Positions 1 to 8,492 of a stretch of DNA of 64,000 bases are shown here, piece by piece (position 1 is the first letter of the stretch; every line of letters starts with the position of its first letter). Below the pieces are notes generated by a model. The model searched no databases. It saw only the letters and a program-made list of their open reading frames with translations, and was not told the DNA's origin. Source of the stretch: an uncultured Fibrobacteraceae bacterium (GTDB taxonomy: Bacteria; Krumholzibacteriota; Krumholzibacteriia; LZORAL124-64-63); contig CAYFKR010000009.1 in assembly GCA_964343835.1 (NCBI GenBank), positions 8,927 to 72,926 on the forward strand, given 5' to 3'. Made by a program: the position numbers and the translations under genes.

Positions 1-74
1 TCCGGGGCCTCCCCGGAAAGCTGCACAACAGCCGTGCGTTGAAGATCACCGAACGCATCGATCTGGAGGACTGA
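1..74 (+). CDS. 3' end of a gene truncated at the window start; tail RALKITERIDLED resembles the FliM C-terminus
   Basis: Open frame from the window edge to TGA at 72-74, immediately upstream of fliN (usual fliM-fliN synteny); weak similarity to the FliM tail. Confidence 0.3.
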   Translation, partial: RGLPGKLHNSRALKITERIDLED

Positions 75-75
75 G

Positions 76-450
76 ATGACCAGCGAAACCGCCACGCCCG
101 AGATCGCCAACCAGGAACTCGTCGACGCCAAGGGCGACGCCCCCGTCGAGACGCCCCTGCAGGACGATCTGGACACCATGGGTGCCGGAGCCGAGAACCT
201 CGGCGTCCTGCTGGACATCGACATGAAGGTCACCGTGGAGCTGGGCCGGACGCGCATGAAGGTCCGGGAGATCCTGGATCTGGCCCCGGGTTCGGTGGTG
301 GAGCTGGGCAAGTCGCCCAGCGAGCCCGTGGACCTGATGGTCAACGGCGTGCTGACCGCCCGCGGCGAGGTCGTGGTCGTGGACGACCACTTCGCCATCC
401 GCATCACCAAGCTGCTGCGCCGCGGCGAGCACATCCAGAAGCTGGCCTGA
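76..450 (+). CDS. fliN: Flagellar motor switch protein FliN
   Basis: 124 aa; SpoA/FliN domain signature VELGRTRMKVREILDLAPGSVVEL...VDLMVNGVLTARGEVVVVDDHFAIRI. Confidence 0.9.
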   Translation: MTSETATPEIANQELVDAKGDAPVETPLQDDLDTMGAGAENLGVLLDIDMKVTVELGRTRMKVREILDLAPGSVVELGKSPSEPVDLMVNGVLTARGEVVVVDDHFAIRITKLLRRGEHIQKLA

Positions 451-451
451 G

Positions 452-763
452 ATGGACCTGGGCACCTCGATCTGGCGGCTCCTCGGAGCGTTCCTGCTGG
501 TCACCGGCATCCTGCTGGTGACCCTCAGGCTGCTGACGCGCTGGCAGGCCGGCCGCGGCCCCGCGGACATGCGGCTGCTGGGCGTGTCGAGCCTGGGGCC
601 GAAACGCCAGGTGGAGCGGCTCCGCTACAAGGACGAGGAACTGGTGATCTACCGCAGCGAGAACGCCATGCTGCTCCTCGAGCGCCTGCCGGCGGGGGAG
701 GATCCGGAGCCGCCCGCGGCCCCCGGGGCCTCGACCCTGAAGCGACTGCTGGGCCGGGGCTGA
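452..763 (+). CDS. fliO: Flagellar biosynthesis protein FliO-like small membrane protein
   Basis: 103 aa, one N-terminal TM helix, sits between fliN and fliP; start 1 nt after the fliN stop. Confidence 0.55.
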   Translation: MDLGTSIWRLLGAFLLVTGILLVTLRLLTRWQAGRGPADMRLLGVSSLGPKRQVERLRYKDEELVIYRSENAMLLLERLPAGEDPEPPAAPGASTLKRLLGRG

Positions 764-800
764 CCGGTCCGAAATCCGCCAGAGGCGGCCACACCTCGAC

Positions 801-823
801 CGGCCCGCGCACCGCGCGGGCCG
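801..823 (+). terminator. GC-rich hairpin (9-bp perfect stem, CGGCCCGCGC-acc-GCGCGGGCCG) after fliO; possible intra-operon attenuator/terminator
   Basis: Perfect inverted repeat followed by a weak T-run (gtcgtcgtttc). Confidence 0.3.
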
Positions 824-855
824 TCGTCGTTTCAGGGCTTCGGCATCCTCATGCA

Positions 856-871
856 GGGCAACGCGTTGCCC
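856..871 (+). promoter_or_regulatory. Perfect 16-bp palindrome GGGCAACGCGTTGCCC about 20 bp upstream of the fliP sigma-54 promoter
   Basis: Seen in sequence; candidate protein-binding site or hairpin. Confidence 0.3.
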
Positions 872-890
872 GCGTCCCCTCCGGCCACCG

Positions 891-906
891 TGGCACGACG
901 GTTGCG
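891..906 (+). promoter_or_regulatory. Candidate sigma-54 (-24/-12) promoter upstream of fliP: TGGCAC-gacgg-TTGCG
   Basis: Near-perfect match to TGGCAC-N5-TTGCW about 40 nt upstream of the fliP GTG start, inside the only long (185 nt) gap of the flagellar operon. Confidence 0.5.
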
Positions 907-947
907 AAGACCCCGGTCGAACCGACGACCCCGACCGGAGGCCATCC

Positions 948-1715
948 GTGCGCGCACGCCCGACCATCCTGCTGTTCCTCGTGCTGACGACCCTGCTGGC
1001 AGCGGCTCCCGCCGCGGCCCAGGAAGCGGCCACGGCCGGCGCCCCCACGACCATCAGCCTGTCCCTGGGAGATGCCGACGGCGCCGCCCGCATGGACGTG
1101 GCCGTCGAGATCGTCCTGCTGATGACCCTGCTCTCGCTGGCGCCGGCCCTGCTGGTGACCCTGACGAGCTTCACGCGGATCATCATCGTGCTGGGCTTCC
1201 TGCGGCAGGCCATGGGCACCCAGCAGATGCCCTCGAACCAGATCGTCATCGGTCTGGCCCTCTTCCTGACCTTCGTCATCATGAGCCCGACCATCAGCCG
1301 CGTGAACGCCGAGGCCGTGCAGCCCTACCTGGCCGAGGAGATCTCCCAGCAGGAGGCCTTCTCCCGGGCCCAGGCGCCCCTCAAGGAGTTCATGCTGACC
1401 CAGGTCCGCGAGAAGGACGTGGGGCTGTTCCTGGAGCTGACCAACCAGGAGGCCCCGGAACTGCCCGAGGACCTGCCCATGCTGGTGGTCGTGCCGAGCT
1501 TCGTGCTGGGCGAGCTCAAGATGGCCTTCCAGATCGGATTCGTGCTCTTCCTGCCGTTCCTGATCATCGACATGGTCGTGGCGTCGGTCCTGATGTCCAT
1601 GGGCATGATGATGCTCCCGCCCGTGCTGATCAGCCTGCCCTTCAAGGTGCTGCTCTTCGTGCTGGTGGACGGCTGGTACCTCGTCGTGCGCTCCCTGGTC
1701 AGCGCCTTCCAGTAA
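948..1715 (+). CDS. fliP: Flagellar export apparatus protein FliP
   Basis: Signal peptide plus conserved FliP core (IVLLMTLLSLAPALLV..FTRIIIVLGFLRQAMG..PSNQIVIGLALFLTFFIM); GTG start with GGAGG 7 nt upstream. Confidence 0.9.
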   Translation: MRARPTILLFLVLTTLLAAAPAAAQEAATAGAPTTISLSLGDADGAARMDVAVEIVLLMTLLSLAPALLVTLTSFTRIIIVLGFLRQAMGTQQMPSNQIVIGLALFLTFVIMSPTISRVNAEAVQPYLAEEISQQEAFSRAQAPLKEFMLTQVREKDVGLFLELTNQEAPELPEDLPMLVVVPSFVLGELKMAFQIGFVLFLPFLIIDMVVASVLMSMGMMMLPPVLISLPFKVLLFVLVDGWYLVVRSLVSAFQ

Positions 1716-1730
1716 CTCCGCGGAGGAATC

Positions 1731-1994
1731 ATGACCCCCGAGACCGTCATCGAACTGGGCCAGACGGCCATGAAGACCACCCTGATGGTGGCGGGCCCCA
1801 TGCTCGCGGCCGGCATGCTGGTGGGTCTGACCATCAGCATCTTCCAGGCGGCGACCCACATCAACGAGATGACCATGACCTTCGTGCCGAAGATCGTGGC
1901 CGTGTTCGTGACCCTGGTGCTGTCGCTGCCCTGGATCATCGGCCAGCTCACCCGTTTCACCCACGGGATCTTCGAGCGCATCGCGGAGATGTAA
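1731..1994 (+). CDS. fliQ: Flagellar export apparatus protein FliQ
   Basis: 87 aa, two TM helices, typical FliQ sequence (MTPETVIELGQTAMKTTLMVAGPMLAAGMLVGLTISIFQAATHINEMT). Confidence 0.9.
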   Translation: MTPETVIELGQTAMKTTLMVAGPMLAAGMLVGLTISIFQAATHINEMTMTFVPKIVAVFVTLVLSLPWIIGQLTRFTHGIFERIAEM

Positions 1995-2000
1995 CAGGCC

Positions 2001-2786
2001 GTGCCGACCACGTTCGACGTCACCATGCTGGTCGTGACGGTGCTGCTGACGCTGCGCCTGTCCATCCTCGCGGCGGTGCTGCCCCTGATCTCGGGCCGCA
2101 CCGTTCCGGTGATCTGGCGACTGGCGTTGTGCGCGGTGGTCGCGGTGGCGGCGGCCCCCCTGGCGGCGTCGGAACTGCCGCCCGGCCCCCTGGTCCTGAC
2201 GTGGGAGTCGCTGCTGGGCGAGGCGGCGCGGAGCCTCATGATCGGCGCCCTGATCGCCTTCGTGGTGGGCATCCCCTTCGCCGCCGTGCGGTTCGCCGGC
2301 CAGGTGATCGGCGTGCAGATCGGCTTCTCGATGGTCAACACCGTCGACCCCCAGAGCGGCATCCAGGCATCGGTGCTGGCCCAGCTGCACTACCTGCTGG
2401 CGGTGATGCTCTTCTTCGCCATGGACCTCCACCACCTGCTGATCCGGGTCATGCTGGAGACGGCGCGGGTGGCGCCGCTCTTCGGCGCCATCGACGGCCG
2501 CTCCGGGTCCTGGTTCCTGGTGGAAGGGTTCTCCGAGTTCTTCCAGATCGGATTCGTGATCGCGGCTCCGGTGATCATCGTGCTGCTGCTGATCAGCGCC
2601 TGCATGGGCTTCGTGGTCAAGACCGTCCCCCAGATCAACGTGCTGGTGGTGGGCTTCCCCATCAAGATCGCCGTGGGTCTGGCCATGGTCGGCGCCTCGA
2701 TGATGTTCTTCGGGCGCATCTTCACGGGACTGATGACCGACATGGAAACGCAGCTGATGGAGCTCCTGGCCGCCCTGCAGGCCTAG
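2001..2786 (+). CDS. fliR: Flagellar export apparatus protein FliR
   Basis: 261 aa polytopic membrane protein in the fliPQR-flhB position. Confidence 0.85.
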   Translation: MPTTFDVTMLVVTVLLTLRLSILAAVLPLISGRTVPVIWRLALCAVVAVAAAPLAASELPPGPLVLTWESLLGEAARSLMIGALIAFVVGIPFAAVRFAGQVIGVQIGFSMVNTVDPQSGIQASVLAQLHYLLAVMLFFAMDLHHLLIRVMLETARVAPLFGAIDGRSGSWFLVEGFSEFFQIGFVIAAPVIIVLLLISACMGFVVKTVPQINVLVVGFPIKIAVGLAMVGASMMFFGRIFTGLMTDMETQLMELLAALQA

Positions 2787-2840
2787 GAGCATGACCGACG
2801 GGGCCGAGGAGGCTCCTGACGAACGGGGGAGGTGAACGGC

Positions 2841-3902
2841 ATGGCGGACGGACCGGGCGGCGAGAGGACAGAGAAAGCCACAGGCAGACGGCGGGAAAAG
2901 GCCCTCGAGGAGGGGCAGGTCGCCCTGAGCCAGGAAGTCAACAGCACCATCGTGCTGCTGCTGGCGTTCTCGCTGCTGTTCGTCTTCGGCGGGTTCATGT
3001 CCCGGGTCCTCAACGAGAACGCCCACTATCTCTTCGGACAGGCCCACATCTTCCTGCTCGACGATCCCTACGCCCTGGTGGAGATCGCCTCGGCCAACTT
3101 CTCCATCATCCTGAAGGCCCTGGCGCCGGTCATGCTCGTGGTGCTGGTGGCGGGATTCGCCGCCAACGTGCTGCAGGTGGGCTGGCACGTGAACGTGCAG
3201 GCCCTGGCCTTCCGCTGGAGCAAGCTGAATCCGATCAACGGCGCCAAGCAGCTCGTGTCGAAGAAGGCGGCCTTCGAGCTCGTCAAGAACGTCCTCAAGA
3301 TCGCCGTGATCAGCGCCCTGGGCTGGATCACGGTGAAGGGCGTGCTGGCCGAGGTGGTCGGCACGTCGCTGCTGTCCCTGGAGGGCGCCATGTCGGTGGG
3401 CCGCTCGACCATGGCCAAGCTGGTCTACCGCATGGTGGCCCTGATGGCCGTGCTGGCGGCCATGGACTGGGCCTACACCAAGTGGCAGCACGAGGAGGAC
3501 CTGAAGATGACCAAGCAGGAGGTGAAGGAGGAGGCCAAGGACATGGAGGGTGATCCCCAGGTCAAGGCCAGGATCCGCTCCCTCCAGTTCGAGATGCTGC
3601 GCAAGCGCATGATGGGTGAGGTGCCCACCGCCGACGTCGTGGTGACCAACCCGACCCACTTCGCTGTGGCCCTGAAGTACGTGCCCGGCGACCCGGCGCC
3701 GAAGGTCGTGGCCAAGGGCGCCGACGAGATCGCGCGGAAGATCAAGGAGATCGCCCGGAACGCCCGTGTGCCGGTGATCGAGAACAAACCGCTGGCACGA
3801 GCCCTGCATAGGACCGTGGACGTGGGCGCGTTCATCCCGGACGAGCTCTACAAGGCCGTGGCCGAGCTGCTGGCCTACGTGTACCGCCTCAAGAGGGCCT
3901 GA
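2841..3902 (+). CDS. flhB: Flagellar export apparatus switch protein FlhB
   Basis: FlhB N-terminus (EKTEKATGRRREKALEEGQVALSQEVNS), NPTH autocleavage motif (VVVTNPTHFAVAL) and C-terminal domain; ATG 2841 chosen over the track start 2832 because of GGAGG at 2828-2832. Confidence 0.9.
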   Translation: MADGPGGERTEKATGRRREKALEEGQVALSQEVNSTIVLLLAFSLLFVFGGFMSRVLNENAHYLFGQAHIFLLDDPYALVEIASANFSIILKALAPVMLVVLVAGFAANVLQVGWHVNVQALAFRWSKLNPINGAKQLVSKKAAFELVKNVLKIAVISALGWITVKGVLAEVVGTSLLSLEGAMSVGRSTMAKLVYRMVALMAVLAAMDWAYTKWQHEEDLKMTKQEVKEEAKDMEGDPQVKARIRSLQFEMLRKRMMGEVPTADVVVTNPTHFAVALKYVPGDPAPKVVAKGADEIARKIKEIARNARVPVIENKPLARALHRTVDVGAFIPDELYKAVAELLAYVYRLKRA

Positions 3903-3917
3903 CGAAGGATCTGACGC

Positions 3918-6020
3918 TTGTCCGAGACCGCGAACATGGATCGGGACATGGTCCTGGCGAACAGCAACGTGCTGAGCGCCCTGGCCGTGGTCGCCGTGAT
4001 CGGTCTGATGATCATGCCGGTGGCGCCGCTGGCGCTGGACCTGCTGATCACGTTCAACATCGCGTTCGCGGTGGTCATCCTGCTCGTCGCCCTGTACCTG
4101 AAGGAACCCCTCCAGTTCTCCAGTTTCCCGTCCCTGCTGCTGATGGTGACCCTGTTCAGGCTCTCCCTGAACGTGGCGTCCACGCGCCTGATCCTGGGGG
4201 AGGCCCAGGCCGGCAAGGTGATCCAGAGCTTCGGCGACTTCGTGGTGGGCGGGAACTACGTCATCGGCGTGATCGTCTTCGCGATCCTGATGATCGTGCA
4301 GTTCGTGGTGATCACCAAGGGCTCGGGCCGCATCGCCGAGGTGGCGGCGCGGTTCACCCTGGACGCCATGCCCGGCAAGCAGATGGCCATCGACGCCGAT
4401 CTGGGTGCCGGCCTGATCACGGAGAAGGAGGCCCGCAAGCGCCGTCAGGACGTGAGTTCCGAGGCCGAGTTCTTCGGCGCCATGGACGGTGCCAGCAAGT
4501 TCGTGCGCGGCGACGCCATTGCCGGAATCGTGATCACCCTGATCAATATCGTTGCAGGGTTCGTGATCGGCATGCTGCAGCTGGACCTGTCGGCCGGCGA
4601 CTCCCTGCGCCGCTTCACCACCCTGACGGTGGGCGACGGCCTCGTGAGCCAGCTGCCCGCCCTGCTCATCTCCACGGCCGCCGGTATGGTGGTCACGCGT
4701 CAGAGCAGCGCCCTGAACCTGGGCCAGGCCCTGACCATGCAGCTGTTCCGCCAGAGCCGCGCGTCGGATCTGGCGAGCGCCGCCCTGATCGTGTTCGGCC
4801 TGATCCCCGGTCTGCCGACCATGCCCTTCCTGGTTCTCGGTGCTGGCTTCGGCGTGGCGGGCCGTCTGCTGAGCCGCAAGGTCAAGGCTGCCGAGGAGGC
4901 CGCCGAGGAAGCCGAGCGCATGGCCGAAGAGGCCGAGGCACCGCCCGAGCGCGAGGGCCAGGACCGCTTCATCACCGACGTGCTGGAACTGGAGCTGGGC
5001 TACGGCCTGCTGCCCCTGGTGGACGAGCGCCGCGGCGGCGACCTCCTGCAGCGCATCAGCAAGATCCGCCGGCAGGTGGGGCAGGAGCTGGGCGTGGTGG
5101 TGCACCCGGTCCGCGTGCGCGACAACCTGCAGCTCGACGCCAACCACTACGTGATCAAGCTCAAGGGCGTGGAGATCGCGCGTTCGGAACTCATGCCCAA
5201 CCGCCTGATGGCCATGAACGCCGCCGGGTCCGACGCCGAGTTCGGCGGCGTGGCCACGGTGGAGCCCGCCTTCAGGCTGCCCGCGCTCTGGATCGAGCCC
5301 GGCGTCAAGGCCGCCGCCGAGATGGAGGGCTTCACCGTCGTGGAGCCGTCCGCCGTGCTGACCACCCACCTCTCGGAGATCGTCCGCGCCCACGCCGACG
5401 AACTCCTGTCCCGCCAGGACGTGAAGGACCTGTGCGAGATCGTGCGCGAGTTCGCCCCCTCGCTCATCGAGGATCTGGTGCCGGACCGCGTGCCCGTGAA
5501 CGCCCTGCACAACGTGCTGCGCCTGCTGCTCCACGAACGCATCCCCGTCAAGGACATCGTCACCATCCTGGAGACCATGGCCAACCACAACGCCGCCACG
5601 GCGTCGGCCGACGCCCTGGTGGAGAAGGTGCGCGAGGCCCTGCGCCGGACCATCAGCTCCCTCTACGTGGAGCCCGACGGGAACATGCACGTGGTCTCCC
5701 TGCACCCCGACGTGGAACAGGTCCTGTACCGCGCCACCCGCGACAGCGACCAGGCCGGCGCGGTGGTCCTGGACCCCATGTTTGCCCAGTCGTTCCTCGA
5801 GCGCCTCGAGCGCGTGCTCCAGGCGGCCTACCGCCGCGGCACGCCGCCGTCGCTCCTGGTGCCGACGCCGATCCGCATGTTCGTCAAACGGCTCGTCGAA
5901 CCCACCTTCCCCAGCCTGGCCGTCGTCGGTTACACGGAGATCACGTCGCAGACGCAGATCCGATCCGCCGGCACGGTCGCGATGAAGGACGTGAACAATG
6001 AACTCTCAGCCTCAGCGTGA
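3918..6020 (+). CDS. flhA: Flagellar export apparatus protein FlhA
   Basis: 700 aa; N-terminal TM domain plus cytoplasmic FlhA-C domain; TTG start with GAAGGA RBS. Confidence 0.92.
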   Translation: MSETANMDRDMVLANSNVLSALAVVAVIGLMIMPVAPLALDLLITFNIAFAVVILLVALYLKEPLQFSSFPSLLLMVTLFRLSLNVASTRLILGEAQAGKVIQSFGDFVVGGNYVIGVIVFAILMIVQFVVITKGSGRIAEVAARFTLDAMPGKQMAIDADLGAGLITEKEARKRRQDVSSEAEFFGAMDGASKFVRGDAIAGIVITLINIVAGFVIGMLQLDLSAGDSLRRFTTLTVGDGLVSQLPALLISTAAGMVVTRQSSALNLGQALTMQLFRQSRASDLASAALIVFGLIPGLPTMPFLVLGAGFGVAGRLLSRKVKAAEEAAEEAERMAEEAEAPPEREGQDRFITDVLELELGYGLLPLVDERRGGDLLQRISKIRRQVGQELGVVVHPVRVRDNLQLDANHYVIKLKGVEIARSELMPNRLMAMNAAGSDAEFGGVATVEPAFRLPALWIEPGVKAAAEMEGFTVVEPSAVLTTHLSEIVRAHADELLSRQDVKDLCEIVREFAPSLIEDLVPDRVPVNALHNVLRLLLHERIPVKDIVTILETMANHNAATASADALVEKVREALRRTISSLYVEPDGNMHVVSLHPDVEQVLYRATRDSDQAGAVVLDPMFAQSFLERLERVLQAAYRRGTPPSLLVPTPIRMFVKRLVEPTFPSLAVVGYTEITSQTQIRSAGTVAMKDVNNELSASA

Positions 6021-7116
6021 TCTGCCCGTGGTGACGGTGCGGGGGAGGACGGCCCAGGAGGCCCTGTCCAACGTGAAGCGCCGCTACGGTCCCCAGGCCC
6101 AGATCCTGGAGAGTCGCGAGATGAGCGAACGCAGTCGCGACGACCTCGGCGAGCGCCGCTACGTGGAAGTCGACGTGGTGCTGAACGGCATGGGCGACGC
6201 GTCCGGCCCCGGCGGCGTGGCAGGCGCCCTGGCCGCCGAGGTGGCCCGCATCGAGTCCCTGGTTCGCGAGATCGAGAAGGGCGGTTCCGCGTCCGGCGCG
6301 GACGACGGCGACGCGACGCTGATGGCCGCCTACCCGCTTTCCGGCCACCTGCTGAGGGCGGGCGCCACCCGGCCCGCCGTGCGCCAGCTGGCCCGCATGT
6401 GGCAGGCGGACGGTGACGGCGGCGAGCCCCTCGAGCACCTGGCGGGCGTGTTCCGCGCCAGCGGCGGCGACTGGGAATCGTTCGGCGGCAGGCACCTGCT
6501 GCTCGGCCGTCCCGGTGCCGGCAAGACCTCGCTGATCCTCGGCGCCGCCGCCCGGCTGCGGTCCCTGGACCGCAAGGTGCTGGTGCTTTCCCTCGGCCGC
6601 GAGCGCAAGGGCGACATGCGCTGGCTCCAGGAGGAGGCGCGCGAGCACGGCTACGACGCCGCCGTCCTGCGCAAGGGTGCCCAGCTCGAGAAGGCGACCT
6701 CCCACTTCGGCGGGTACGACGCCGTGCTCATGGACGCCCCCGCCCTCGACGACCCCTTCCTGGCCGACACCACCGTGCGCCACCTGCTGGCCGACGACGA
6801 GCACACCCACCGCCACATGGTCGTGCCGGTGGACGCCGACCCCTCAGCCCTGAACGGCCTGTGGACCGAGTGCCGCCAGTGGAACTGCGACTGGATCGCC
6901 CTGAGCCGCGGCGACCTGGCGGCCCACAGCGGACGGCTCGCCGATCTGCTCCTGGCGGCGCCCTGCGCCGTCTCCCTGTCGTCGCGCGGGGCGTGGCCCG
7001 GTGCCGGGCCCCTGATCCCGTCGTCGCGACAGCTCGTGGGCTCGACGCTGGCCGGTGCGGCCACGCGGAAGCCGGGACGCACCCGCGGCCTCGCCGCGAA
7101 GGCCCTGGAGGTCTGA
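5998..7116 (+). CDS. flhF: FlhF-like SRP-type flagellar GTPase homolog with degenerate G-motifs
   Basis: N-terminal B-domain-like region (VKRRYGPQAQILESRE) and P-loop GRPGAGKTS, but the DTxR, DTAG and TKxD motifs are replaced (GRERKGD, DAPA, SRGD); overlaps the flhA 3' end by 23 nt. Confidence 0.6.
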   Translation: MNSQPQRDLPVVTVRGRTAQEALSNVKRRYGPQAQILESREMSERSRDDLGERRYVEVDVVLNGMGDASGPGGVAGALAAEVARIESLVREIEKGGSASGADDGDATLMAAYPLSGHLLRAGATRPAVRQLARMWQADGDGGEPLEHLAGVFRASGGDWESFGGRHLLLGRPGAGKTSLILGAAARLRSLDRKVLVLSLGRERKGDMRWLQEEAREHGYDAAVLRKGAQLEKATSHFGGYDAVLMDAPALDDPFLADTTVRHLLADDEHTHRHMVVPVDADPSALNGLWTECRQWNCDWIALSRGDLAAHSGRLADLLLAAPCAVSLSSRGAWPGAGPLIPSSRQLVGSTLAGAATRKPGRTRGLAAKALEV

Positions 7117-7119
7117 TCC

Positions 7120-7452
7120 GTGCAGCGCCTGGTCAATACGATGGCCCTGACCGCCGCCCTCGTCGCCGTGGGGATGGCCCTGCTGCGCGATTACGGCCTG
7201 CTGGTCACCCTGAAACGGGCCGCCATCGCCTACTTCGCCTTCTACGCCCTGGGGGCGGCCCTGGTCTTCGTCTTCAAGACGGGGATCGAGGAGGAATGGA
7301 TCCGCGACGCCCATCGCCGCAGGGCCATCGCCGACGCGAAGCGGAAGAAGGCCCAGATGGAAGCCGAGCGGCAGCACTACGCCTCCATGGAGGCGGAAGC
7401 GGCGGAAGTGGAAGCGGAGAAGGCTCAGCAGAAGGAAACAGCCGGCGTCTAG
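7120..7452 (+). CDS. Hypothetical small membrane protein (2 TM helices plus charged coiled-coil tail), in the position where flhG is normally found
   Basis: 110 aa, GTG start 4 nt after the flhF stop; no recognizable domain. Confidence 0.4.
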   Translation: MQRLVNTMALTAALVAVGMALLRDYGLLVTLKRAAIAYFAFYALGAALVFVFKTGIEEEWIRDAHRRRAIADAKRKKAQMEAERQHYASMEAEAAEVEAEKAQQKETAGV

Positions 7453-7476
7453 GGACGGCCGATGAACGGTAACGGG

Positions 7477-7492
7477 TGGCACGGAATCTGCA
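7477..7492 (+). promoter_or_regulatory. Candidate sigma-54 (-24/-12) promoter upstream of fliA: TGGCAC-ggaat-CTGCA
   Basis: GG and GC at canonical spacing, about 35 nt upstream of the fliA ATG (7527). Confidence 0.5.
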
Positions 7493-7526
7493 CATCGCGT
7501 CCGGACACCAGCGAGAAAGGCAGCAC

Positions 7527-8483
7527 ATGCTCAAGACCGATACCCTCGCCCACAGGGAACTCTGGGACCAGCTGACCGCCGGCGACGGTGGCAAGGCCCG
7601 TCAGGACCTGGTCGAGATCTATGCGCGCGTGGTCAAGTACGTGGCCGGTCGCATGGCCATCGGCCTGCCCCACTACGTGGACCAGAACGACCTCGTCTCG
7701 GCGGGGCTGCTCGGCCTGATCCAGGCCATCGACAACTTCGATCCCGACCGCGGGATCAAGTTCGAGACCTACGCCATCCCGCGCATCCGCGGCGCCATCC
7801 TGGACGAGCTGCGCTCGCAGGACTGGTTCCCCCGTTCCCTGCGCCGCAAGGCGCGTCAGCTCGAGGAGGCCGTGACCGGCCTCGAGGCCCGGTTCGGACG
7901 CCCGGCCACCGACGAGGAGCTGGCCCGGGAGCTCGGCGTGAGCCGCGACGAGCTGGCGACGATGATCGAGGAGGTCTCCGTCGCCACCATCATCTCCCTG
8001 GACGCCGACAGCTCCAGCGACGGCGACGACTCCACCACCCTCGGCGAGTACCTGCCCGACCCCAAGGCGGAGGACGTGGAGGAGAAGGTGTCGTCCCAGG
8101 AGATGGTCAAGCTCATCGCGGGCGGCCTGGAGGAACTGCCCGAGAAGGAGCAGCTCGTCCTGGTGCTGTACTACTACGAGGACCTGACGCTGAAGGAGAT
8201 CGGCGCCATCCTCGACGTGACCGAATCGCGCGTCTGCCAGATCCACACCAAGGCCATCATGCGCCTGCGCGGCAAGCTGCACCAGACAGCCGGCAAGAAG
8301 AGCATCGGCCGGCTGACCAAGGAGATCCGCGACCGCCGTCGCAAGCAGGACGAGCTGGACGTGGTGGAGGCCAAGTCGCTCAACCTCATGGCCGGGCTCG
8401 CCGTGCCGCCGATGATCCGCCTGGCCGAGGTGCTGCTGGAGATGCGGGTCCCGTGGCTCGAGCTGGACCGCTGGATGGGGTAG
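7527..8483 (+). CDS. fliA: RNA polymerase sigma-28 factor FliA/WhiG family with a C-terminal ~65-aa extension
   Basis: Sigma-70 regions 2-4 (YVDQNDLVSAGLLGLIQAIDNFDPDRGIKFETYAIPRIRGAILDELR; LTLKEIGAILDVTESRVCQIHTKAIMRLR); ATG 7527 with GAGAAAGG RBS preferred over the upstream track start 7476. Confidence 0.85.
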   Translation: MLKTDTLAHRELWDQLTAGDGGKARQDLVEIYARVVKYVAGRMAIGLPHYVDQNDLVSAGLLGLIQAIDNFDPDRGIKFETYAIPRIRGAILDELRSQDWFPRSLRRKARQLEEAVTGLEARFGRPATDEELARELGVSRDELATMIEEVSVATIISLDADSSSDGDDSTTLGEYLPDPKAEDVEEKVSSQEMVKLIAGGLEELPEKEQLVLVLYYYEDLTLKEIGAILDVTESRVCQIHTKAIMRLRGKLHQTAGKKSIGRLTKEIRDRRRKQDELDVVEAKSLNLMAGLAVPPMIRLAEVLLEMRVPWLELDRWMG

Positions 8484-8492
8484 GAGAAGGCC

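Noticed and set aside
851-2794. 647-aa + strand ORF overlapping fliP-fliQ-fliR in another frame; similar cases 18460..21678 and 31974..33365
   Set aside because: Alternative-frame read-through in GC-rich sequence with Arg/Pro/Gly-rich translation. The conserved proteins are in the other frame.
849-5705. 1618-aa ORF on the minus strand (and similar giant antisense ORFs at 15309..18503, 18581..22069, 26425..33084 and 59680..63915)
   Set aside because: Typical stop-codon-poor antisense frames in ~70% GC DNA. Translations are low-complexity (Gly/Ala/Arg/His/Asp/Val-rich) with no domain signatures, whereas the opposite strand encodes unmistakable conserved proteins (FliP, FlhA, SecA, TopA, MutS and so on).
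7455-7470. Sigma-28-like -10 element GCCGATGA upstream of fliA
   Set aside because: No TAAA-like -35 at the required roughly 15-nt spacing, and it overlaps the better-supported sigma-54 element. It was kept out of the features.
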